Assembly (NCBI RefSeq): GCF_902459465.1 | Contig: NC_047078.1 | Location: 10,850,001 to 10,914,000, forward strand | DNA from: Asterias rubens | Lineage: Eukaryota | Direction: 5' to 3' | Length of the DNA stretch: 64,000 bases | Part shown: positions 34,488-46,400 of the stretch, one piece after another | Layout of the letters: each line of letters starts with the position of its first letter | Numbering within the stretch: position 1 is the first letter of the stretch | Notes under the pieces: generated by a model | Told to the model about the DNA's origin: nothing | The model's input: only the letters and a program-made list of their open reading frames with translations | Database searches by the model: none | Made by a program: the position numbers and the translations under genes

Positions 34488-37400
34488 CTGTCAAGGTAAT
34501 ATAGAATACAAAATGATACATAAATGGAACAATTGTTACAGTTAAGGCGGTAAAGTTTTTATGCCAACAATTATTTGGAGTAATTATCAAAGTGTCCAGT
34601 GCTTTTAGTATGAATCTGTGGACATTTTGTTTTGTGTTGAACAAAAAGAACCTAAACCCTTTAAAAGCTGGGGCCACTATTGGTTATTACTCAAAACACT
34701 TATTAGCAAAAAACCTTACTTGGTAACGAGTAATGGGGAGAGGTTGGTAATATAAAACATTGTGAGAAACGGCTCCCTCTGAAGTGACGTAGTGAAACTG
34801 ATTGAAAATTTTTCAAGAAGAGTAATCTACAATAGACTGTCCATTTTCGGATCAATTAATTCATGTCAAAATCTCACTTCTACCAACAATATGGTATACT
34901 TTTCATGGTCAAAACAACTTTTATAGGCAGTATTGGTATTACTCAAATAGACACTATTGGTATTACTCAAATCGATTTTTAACATAAAAACTTACTTGGT
35001 TACAAGGAATGGAGAGCTGTTGATAGTATGAACCATTGTGAGAAACGGCTCCCTCTAAATATTAACGTAGTTTTCCAGAATGACAGTAACGTTCCGCGAA
35101 TTTGATTTCGAGACCTCAGATTTAGAATTTGAGGTCTCGAAGTCAATTATCTGAAAGCACACAACTTTGTGTGACAAGGGTGTTTTTTTCTTTCATTATT
35201 ATCTCGCAACTTGGACGACCAATTAAGCTCAAACTGCCACAGGTTTGTTATTTGATGCATATGTTGAGATGCACCAAGTGAGGAGACTAGTCGTTGACTT
35301 CAAAAGGTGTCCAGTGTCTTTAATGTCTACTTACCATTAGTCTTTTTGTGGTATCTACATGCAGCTACACACACGGCCAGTAATATCGCTAACAGAGCCA
35401 GACACCCGAACACAATGCCTATGATGATACCGACACTCAAACCTGTACCTATGGAAACAACCATTGAAAGGGGAAATTAGTTAATAGTTGGTGTTTTTTT
35501 TTTCTATCCCAGAGGGATTTTTTCTTTTCTTTTTTAGTTGCTACAAGGTGTTTCTATTGAATGTTATTTTAGTCACATGCAAAAAGTCATTTAGTTGAAA
35601 TTCACTTTCAATGAAAATTATGATGGACACTTCAAAATTACTGAACATTTTTCCAAAATGGTTTTGTTTGGACTTTTCCCCGCGAATTTTTTGTTTCTAA
35701 ACCAACATCCTTCATCGAAAGAAAATGGTTCCATCAAACTGTTCGGAAAATTGCTACGCCAAAAAAGTGAACAATTCAGAAGAGAAGTTGGATATTTTTT
35801 ATTTATCTTTTCTAGTGTCTTTTCCTTTAAAATGTCACCCAACCTCAAGACACAAATTTAGTTAAAAACAATTATAGTGCTACATTTTAAATGTTACAGA
35901 TAGCGAAGATGGATACATGTTTATACTGCAAAAATGTAACATATTGCAAAAGAGGAGCTGTAGGAAAGTGCCAAGTTTGAAAAATAATGCAAAATTTAAG
36001 AGTGAAATGTGAATGAATAACAATAAACAGCTGAAAATGGACCATGAAATGAAGACAAGAGTAAATTCCAGAAAATAAAGATTCTAAAAAGCATTGCAAT
36101 ACACAACAAAATATTAAGTGAAGTAATATTTTACAGAAGACAATAAGTTAAGCACAAAATCAACTGTTAAACAAACACTTTTCCCTCAACCAGGCGCAAA
36201 TAATTATAAATTATTTCAGCATGTATCTGTCCACGTGAATGCCCATTGAACATTAAAAGGCACAACCTTTCTTGCAGCCATATTAATTTTACCCTTGTCA
36301 AAATTTAACACATTTATAACACCGACCATCTTTGTACACGAGATAGATAGAAAGATGTTTATGTCGACCATCACATTTACAGAAACAAAATATTGCACAT
36401 CTTGCAAAATCTAGTAGAATTTATATGCAATAGAACACTTTGTTTTGACTACACGTGACTACACTCAAAACAACCACGGGAAAGATGGGCTTTTGACACA
36501 CAATCTTTTCACAACACTTTTATCTTTAAAGACAACGAAACTCATTAACAGAAAGCATCGTGCGTTAAGTACACAGAAGTCACCACTAACAACAACTCTG
36601 AGAAGGTTAATGTTACACAAAGAATGAATACGACAAATGGAACTATAGGCCCTATGTGAATTTGTTTTTAGTGTATTATGCATTTTTAGTGTATTAGTAG
36701 AAGGTGGTATTGGGTTTGATACAATGGTAGAACAAAGACCGATCCAAAATGCCATACCCAGTGGTACATGCTTCTTTAAAAGGAATCAATAGACTGCCTT
36801 AAATGTTGATACACGCAACAGCCGTCGACCCAGGGAAGGGATACTATCGAGACCTCATGTGCGATTGAACTACTCTAGGGCCACTACGCATGCGTCACTG
36901 ACACGCATCATGTACGCATGCGTACTGGACTTTTGTCCAATCACACAACCACAGCTATGATTGGTCGGGTTGGTTAATTGAATCCGTCTTCAATACTCTG
37001 GGGTTAGCAGCTAGTTAACATTACAAATGTTAGTGGTTAGTTGCGGCAAGTATGACGATATGAACATTTACAGGTGGTTTGAAATGATTATTAGCTGATG
37101 ATGTATTGTGATATTGGGAAAGATGGTTTTTGATTTTGGGTCACTAGTTACGAAAGCCTGTAAGTTATTTTTGTTTTCAAAGTTTCCATTTTAATTTTCA
37201 AGAGCAAATATTTTATTTTCAAGAGCAATTATTTTATTTTCAAGAGCAGTTATAGCAGCTGCTCTTGAAAATAACAAAAATATCTGCTCTTGAAAACCTT
37301 TTTTTGAGAACAAAAATGACTGGTTTTGCATATAAATTAGCAGTCAATAATCGGCTTTTGTAAGTCAAAATAAAACTTCAGTTCAAGTCAAATATTATGT

Positions 37401-40400
37401 TTCTGCCTACACCTGGAACACACCCAGGGCATTTATTCGCAAGGTGTCACGAGTCGGATGTACATTCATCATAGGCAGAAATTGTATAGACACAGACCAC
37501 AAGAGTTGCATTTTGCCTCCGTGAATATGCTTCCGAGGGAATACGGTAAACTGTTGATCATTACCTAAGAAATCTAAACTGTCATCAAAAACCGTGTATT
37601 TTTATAAACACAGACCACATGAGTTGAATTTTACCTCCGTGAACATTTTTTTTCTGAGGGACTGCGCGAACCAATGTGGATCATTATGTAAGACATCTAA
37701 ATTTGAATTCCAAGAAAGATTGAGAAAAACTTCTCCTGAACCAATTGCTGCACATGACCCTATTTCATAAAGCCTGTAAGCACAACAACTTGCTAGGCAC
37801 AGAAAAGTATAGGTTAAAGACACAAGACACTACTGGTAATTGTCAAAGGCTAGCCTTCTCACTTGGTGTATCTCAACATATGCATAAAATAACAAACCTG
37901 TGAAAATTTAAGCTCATTCGGGCGCCGAAGTTGCGAGATAATAACGGGGGAAAAAATACCATTGTCATACGAAGTTGTGTGATTTCAGATGCTTGATTTC
38001 GAGACCTCAAATTCTAAATCTGAGGTCTCGAAATCAAATTCGTGGAAAATTACTTCTTTCTCGAAAACTACATTACTTCAGAGGAAGCCGTTTCTCACAA
38101 TGTTTTATACTATCAACCTCTCTCCATTACTCGTTACCAAGAAAGGTTAAGTTTATGCTAAAAATTATTTTGAGTAATTACCAACAGTGTCCACTACCTT
38201 TAACATAAATAGGGTACCAGCCAAAACTGTATTCGGGTTTTAATGTTGTGACTCCAGGTGCCCCACTAAATTGTTGCTTAACACAGAAATTTGACAAGCA
38301 GTATTTCCTGCTTAACCACTTGCCCATGAGAGTACTCCGCAACTTATCTAAAGTGTTAGTGGTAGGTAGGCATGTACGTTATACTAGGATTGATGGAGCA
38401 GACTAATGATCGCTTACAGTGTTTATGACCATGATATAATCTAACAATATGACCGTAGTATCTTCTTATAATGTAAGAGCCGCTCTGTATTAAGGAGAAA
38501 ATATCTGCTTACAGGCTTTATGAACTTGACCCAAAGTGTTAGGTCTATTTCTAAGGGCTCCTTAATTCTAACACCATGTAATAAGAACAGTGTGACCCGT
38601 GATTGGTGTTGTAAGCGTAGATGTAAAGCCTGAGAATAATATCATTTGCCTTTAACTTTGGTCACAAAAGTAACATTCAATACAGCAATAACAATACAAA
38701 CAAGGTTGGGAAGAGGGAAACCTGGGAAAAGGGGGAAATTTGGAGCAAATACCTGTCAACTATTGAAAGTGTTAACCTTTTACAAATGAGTGTGTTTTAT
38801 CTATAATCTATTATCTTTGCCAGTTATCCTGTAGTATTTTACGTAAAACTGTTCTTTTTTCAGATTTGTTGTTCTTCCTATATCAAAGTCACAGTAATCT
38901 GCAGTGCCAGCAAAAAGCAAAAAGCTAATCTTGTACAACCAAAAGAGGGCGCCATTCAAGTAGACCGCTAAATAAAATGATAATCATGACAACATGTTTA
39001 GCGTATTGAAACCTTTGAACCCATGTAGCACGTCTACGCCCTGTTTTGTTGATGTATATCGCCAAACAAGTAGTGTATTGATAGCAACCAGCCATGACAT
39101 ATTTAATTTATATCAATGTCATAGAATAGCACTCTGGACCCACGCTGTGACTCTTGAATGTTTGAACTTTTCAGGGAACGGGGTACCCTGCAGCCTGTGA
39201 TATGATAATGTCGTTGATTGTATGCTTGTTGGCGTGGGTAACACTTCAATTCACATGAATGCAACCTTTTGTTTATGTCATCCACTGTAGGTGTTTCACA
39301 CAATGCCAACCAAAATGGAAGTTCCCAGTTGATTGCGTACCCTGTACGGGTGTTATTTCCTTGTCAGTGTGTATCACTACCATGTGATTCAACATGACTC
39401 TCTATGCACTCCAAATCGAAACACAAAAGTTGAACCGAAACAAAACGGATGTTTTTCACTTATTGTAAAACACTTAAAGGCATGGACACTATTGGTAATT
39501 ACTCAAAATAATTGTAGGCATAACAGCTTATTTGGTGAAACGAGCTGTTGATAGCATAGAACGTTGTGAGAAACGGCTCCCTCTGAAGTAAAGTACTCAT
39601 TGAGAAAGAGGTAATTTCTCATTCGAATTAAAAGAAAAATTCATCTGAAGCCTATTATTAAGCATCTGAAAACACACAAAGTCATGCAACAAGGGTGTTT
39701 TTCTGTCATTATTCTCTTGCAAACTTGATGACCATTTGAGCCAAATTTGCACAGGTTTGTTATTTTATGCAAATGTTGGGATACATCAAGTAAGAAAATG
39801 AACATGTTTCAAAATACTATAGAAAAACTATACCTAAATGAGGAATTATCAATGTATTTTTAAACAGTTTATTTTATGGGAGTGGCTTTCAATACTTTCA
39901 GTTTAGAGTTATTTGAATGGTAGTTTCCTCCAGCCGCAGGAACCTGATACCGCAAAATAATTTATTTTCAATAAGCTCAGCCTGGAAAAAAAATGATGCA
40001 TAACAATGCGAGTAAAATTAGGATTTCATGCAAGATGTAGAGTCCAACCCCCAAAAAACATGCTCTCAAATAATGCTCTGAAATCATATCTTGAAATCAA
40101 GATGTTGAATTTGTTAGTGTTAGTGTAAGTAGTTGGTCTCAAGGTCTAGTTAACTCTGAGCTGTTTTTTCTTCTCATTCTACTTTGATTTGAGGTTGTGT
40201 GTTAAAGTGTAGGCGGTTAAGGTTTCTTGATTTTATGGTTTTTGTATTTCGAATCGATTGAGTTCAAATTTTCCAGTGTCTTTAAGTTTGTGGTTCTTCC
40301 AATGTGTAATCATTCGATTTCTGGCAAGTCGCTACGAGAGCTAGACCTCTTTTGGTCACCTTTGAGAATGAAATGAAATGTTTAAAATGTGCTGCGTGTA

Positions 40401-43400
40401 TGTTCAGCTACTAATCTTTTTCAATAAAGTAAAAATGCAGTCAGTTTACCTGTTTAAAATGTCATATGGAATAAATTTATGTTTCAAGAATTGAGACATT
40501 TTTGTTTGTTGGCAGATAAAGCAGGCGGTTTGTGTAATATCGTTAAATGAAATGCAAATAACTATGAGATGTCTGCATCTAGACTCACATCAATCCTATT
40601 CAGCTGAAAGGAATGGTACGGTGTTCATATTAGTGAAGCTTATCTTTTATTATCAATATTATTTCTGTTAATGAAACCAATTAGGATGCCTCATAAGTAA
40701 ACTTAATCACTGTAGCCGATTTTTACAAAAAAATTAACTCAGGTTTTACTTTTAGAGGTTAAGGAAACATCAGCTCACAGGTTATTTTCCATAATCAGAA
40801 TGATGGTGATGGTGACCACACCAATAAGTTTTGCGTCCAAAACCATGGCATAATTTCATAGAGCTACTTTAGCAGCGAGAATTGCTTAACAATTTTCTGC
40901 TAAGCAGAAATGAGCCGGGCACCAGTCACTAATTGTACTCGTGACTTGGTAGTTTGGCTTGTAGCCTCATTCCGGTAAGAGTAATTTTGTTATGCTCAGC
41001 TACTTTGTGTGCTTAAGCAGCAAGCACTATTAAACTGGCCCCAGATAATTGTAAGGAAACATGCTGTCGTACCATTAATTTTGAACAAAAACAACGAAAT
41101 GCAAACATGTGAATTCTAAAAACTCCTGGGTCAGGCCCAGGTGAACTGACCCAATTCGGGTCAGGCTCACTGAATCGGGTTCAAACGGGATTCTAACTCG
41201 AATTCCAGTTAGTTTGACGCATTCCTGTGTCATTTTGACACTGATTCAAGGGTCATACTGACCCATAGGCCCACAGGACTCGAATCCAGGTCAAATTTGA
41301 CCCGGAAGTTTTTAGAGTGCTGGGACCAATTTCATAGAAAAGCTTTGCACACAATTTGCTTAAAAACACTGGACACTATTGGTAATTGTCAAAGACTAGT
41401 GTTCACAGTTGGTGTATCTCATAACATACATAACATAACAAACCTGTGAAAATTCGAGTTCAATCGGTCGTCGAAGTTGCGAGATATTAATGGGAAAAAA
41501 ACACTCTTGTGGCACCATGGTCACACGAAGTTGTGTGCCTTCAGATGCTTGATTTCAAGACCTCAAACTCTAAACTTGAGGTCTCGGAATCAAATTCGAT
41601 GAAAATTACTTCTTTCTCGAAAATTATGTCACTTCAGAGGGAGCTGTTTCTCAAAATGTTTCATAGTATCAACCTCTCCCCATTACTCGTAATCAAGTAA
41701 GGTTTTATGATTAAAAATTATTTTGAGTATAATTACCAATAGAATTGTCCACTGCCTTTGAATTGTCCACTGCCTTTAAGCACGAAAAAAATAGCTTGCT
41801 TATTATACATTTTACTGGCAAAAATTCCGTGCCATATACATGTACAATGCTTGTGACTGGTATTTAGTTGCTGCATAACAATTGAGTGGGGTCTTGGCAG
41901 GTAATCTGATTTTACTAAGCAAGGATGTTGTTTAGCTTAAAGCAAATTTTGTGCTCAAGCAGCTCTACGAAATTGGGCCCAGGCCTAAAGGCCTTCCCTG
42001 CTATATTAGAAAGTCTGAAATGTTTAAATGAGTCAATGACCATATTGTGAAATCTTTGGAAATTCTACTAGAAAAAAGGTGTTTTTGTGTGTAAACTGTT
42101 AATAGATGACAGGTAATTTACTCACCGAATTTCCCACGGTTTCCCTGGCAACCAATCTGTAAACACAAAATTTTTAAAAAGTGTTCAGGAAGCCACACAT
42201 GGAAACATTTGAATCAGGTTTTAGTAACTGTTTTGTAGTATTTGCATGATTTCCATTATGTTTATATTTAATATTATATTTATCCTCCCTATAAACACTG
42301 ATAATGATAGGCCTACAATAAATCCCTCGGTGCAAAATATAAAAACTAAACCAAGGAACTGTTGAAAAATATTCAAAACAACAAATTTGAATTCAAATTT
42401 CAAACTAAACCAAACGAGTCTCTTTGAAACATCATTGCCTGGTGTATGTTTCCCGTCATCAAACAATCTAGACTACTTTAAGAGAAATGCCAACTCATAC
42501 CTTCAGCTCGCGTTATTTATTGATATGTCTTTATTCTTGTAGCCCCTAACCATAAGTGTTTTTTTAGCCTTGTTTGGTTGGGGTAAACTTCCTTTTTGAA
42601 AAAAAAAATATTAAAAGCAGATGTGTATTGATCTGGTCTGCTGATAAAACTACCCAAAAGCCAACTGTGATTTCAAAAAAATAACTAACTAAATAAATAA
42701 CAGACATAATTAATTTTCAGATCTTGAGGCAACAAATACTCCTAATCAAACTAACAGTAACTTTGATAACGAAACTTTTTGCGTTGAATTAGCTCCGCTT
42801 GAAGGAAGTTTGCCGAAACTAGGACAAAATCTTGTTGTTGTTTTTTCGACCGAATGTTAAAATTAATAACGACTCTCAAAGACCACATTATGAAAACTTT
42901 CTATAAATTATTACCTTGTGACGCTAACTGATATGTTTAAAAAAAACACCATGAAGGCATTGAAATAATAATAATTGCGTGCTAAATATGCCTAAAATGG
43001 ACAGAAACACAAATAGCCCCACGATTATTGATGACAGAATCATATTTTAGAGAACATTCGTTATTTGTGGTTATATTTTATGATTTCAACGACAACTCAC
43101 CCCTTCTAAAGACCACCGGTTAAGAAGACTATGGTTGAAAACATCTTCTTAAACAAAAATTCTCCTTAGCTGTCTTGTCCAATAGCAACGCCAGATTGGG
43201 TCAATAATCCACGCTTAACTGCGTTTTGCGCACAGACCACGTGGCTCGAACAGAGTACCTTATTATTTTTACGCACATGATATTTTTTCAAATGGAGCAA
43301 CACTGGTTTGAGAGGCAATGCAACTTATGTTTACATGTTTGATAGCAACTTCTGTTTTTAAAATTTGAAGGACAAAATTACAATTCGAGTGCAACGGCTA

Positions 43401-46400
43401 CTCACGGCTGATCGATATTTTCAGAGATTAGTTATGGCATAATTGACACAATAATCGTTATAATATTCATAACATTTTATAAAAAACGTTAGTCCATGTT
43501 CGTGTATTGTCTACAATGAGGATCCGAAGATCATCTTCTTAAAGGTTAATTTTGAAATGGATAAGCAAGCTGTAAAAAACTGGATGCGTTTACGTCGGAA
43601 GCAAAATGTATTGAAATCAGGTATACCCGTAGCATGCTAAGCAAAACACTTTTTATGACATAAATCTGCTACTACGAATTGGTATAGCAAAGCGATGATA
43701 ATGTTAGTAGGGTCTGTGGTTGAATTTATGGAGTTGATGACACCAGAGCTTTATTTCACAAAAAGTTAAGGTTGATCTTTACCGATTACCCATTTTTAAA
43801 ATTAAAGCTTAAATGCATGATTTCGACGCAGGGCCAATTTTTATGACACATTGCTTACCCAAGAATTCTGCAGATCCATATAATTATATACAAAGCATGT
43901 GGATTTATGGGCCGATAGCCCAGAATTCTGCGGTAACAAGTGGCATGAAACTGGGGCCAGATTTTGCCACAAATTGAATGTGATAACAAGTTCGTACATG
44001 TATGACGCAATGAGTTTGGTTTTGGATGAGTGTTTTGTCCAGACAGGCAATGATGACAAAAACAAGAAAATGAATAAATTGATAGAGAAAACATATAAAT
44101 ACGAACACAACCAATGTGAAATGACAAATCAATATAGTGCCCCCCCCCCCCCCTATCTAAAGATAGTCTCTGACTGGTTGGTGAAAGTTTAGTATACGCG
44201 CGCGTTTCCAATGTTTGCCATAGACCTTTTCGCAAATACCGGGGCGCGCGCGTAAAGCTTGGAATTAGGTGCATTGTGGTCTAGCTGGTATCCAAATTTG
44301 ATCCATATATATCCCACAATGCACCTCATTCAACAGTCTGCGCTTGCGCATTGGTATTTGCGATAAGGTCTATTAGCCTTTTTGAGATATGGTGGACACG
44401 AAGATGTGCACTGCTTAGTTTGGATGTATATGTATACAGACAAATTGACTAAACCTATGTCATAGTTGTCCACCAATACCTCAAAATGGCATATGGCGGC
44501 AAAGGGTGTACATTAACAATAAGCTGTAATGTATAACAGGTCAACATTATGACACACCCGAGCAAAGTAGCTTAGATAACGAAGATGACACCCAGCAGAT
44601 ACAACATATGTAACTAATTTATCACTAAATATGATGATAAAAGTTTGTAGATCATTTTTGAACCAGGAAGTGATGATACAGCATTCTAACCATTGTTCCA
44701 TAAAAAAAAAATCAGATAAATCACAGGATTGTTCAAAATGGGTCCAAAATCCTTGTAATTGTTACTAAGGAACTCGTGACTCACCATCTGGTTCCTGTTT
44801 GGGGGCATATGGGAAACAAACACATTTCCTCTGATGGGGAAGTACGGTCTGACTTGAAAGAATTATCAAAACCACAAATTCCCCATATGCTCAAAATTTT
44901 GTCCAGGCCTGTTGAAAATTCATTAAGTTGAAGTTTGCTACGAGGAAGTCAGTCAAGATTATGTAAGGACTGAATACAAACAAATAACGACAGAAGATCC
45001 CAAATTAAGATCCCACATTAAACAGAGTGGTGTTACTTGCAAGCACTGAACTGAACAAAATAAGATTCAAAGCAAAATAAGATATGTATTACGTAATGCG
45101 AGGTAGCTATGACGATTGAAACAACATGATCCCTTTCACCATAGCAAACCACAGTTAACTGTACCATTGGTTTTCAAACCAACATTTTTAGTTTACTTGC
45201 GTCATTATGAAATGTCAAGCCGTTAGTGGGTAGGGCCTTGGTATTATCCACAATTCCTGCCGTTGCGACGTGAGATCTGGAATAGGACCCTTACATGACG
45301 TGACACAATCATACAGCGCCCTCACAAGGGCACACAAAGGTTGGACGGTTGTTGGTGCGTTAACACGTGCGCAGGACCTCAGAGGGTAGCACAAAGAACA
45401 TCTATCGTCCAATGATGTCCTTCATTTGACCCCAGTGAGGGCCCTTTTTTACCACAGTGAGGGCGCTTTTTGAGCAGGTGACGTCACGTGCAAGGGGTCT
45501 ATTGAGCATTTGTTTAAACAAACTCTTTCAGTAACCATCAACATACAACCAAAGCGAAGACATTAATGCGTGCAGTAATCGAAGAAGGCGTGCCCAACAA
45601 CAAAAAGCAAAAGGCTTCAGAAGTTTTGGCCATGGCCTGTTTCAGTAAAAGCAACCACTTGACCATCTTTAAGAAGTACCTGCGTCACAAAGTAACGTGC
45701 ACCCCGTTGTTGTTTCAGGCGTGGTGGCAGTGGTGGGTGGGGTTATATGTGTACTATTGGTCATTTCAGTTGGATCAGTGGTCATTTCAGTTGGATCGGT
45801 GGTCATTTCAGTTGAACCCATTTGGGTTGTAGTTTTATTCATTGAACCAGGGACAGTATTAGTTGTAGTCGATGGTTCTGTGGAACTGAAATCAGACGTT
45901 GTTTCCGTAGGACCAGAGGGGGACATTGTGGTTTCTTGTGATGTTGTGAAAGTTGGGGCTGTAGTGTCTTGTGGTGTCGTGGTAGTGGTATTGTCTGTGG
46001 AAGTAAGATCTAAACAATAAGTTCAACCTTTAACCCAAACCAAAATATCCACGGGTTTTTCAACTGTGACAGAAAACTCAAAGATGTTAACATCATAAAT
46101 TGGAAATAAAAAGAAACAAAATTTAACAAATCATTATAAAGAACAACTGAATGAATACATGACAATTAGTCAAAACAAAATCAGCTTTGTGGGTGATCAG
46201 TTCCGTCAGTGGTTAATGTCATCACCTGTTTCACATAATTCGTGATCGGAAGGAAACATACAAGAAACTTATCACTGAAGTAGCTCAACAGTCAAAAATG
46301 CGTCAACTTGTTTGGCAGTTGTGCATTATTAAGCTTTAAAACCTTTAACTTAGCGCTGGTAACACTATAAGTCACAGTGCAATGTCCTTAGGGAGTCAAA

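Noticed and set aside
45697-46020. Val-rich 107-aa + strand ORF
   Set aside because: Antisense mirror of the Thr-rich mucin exon.
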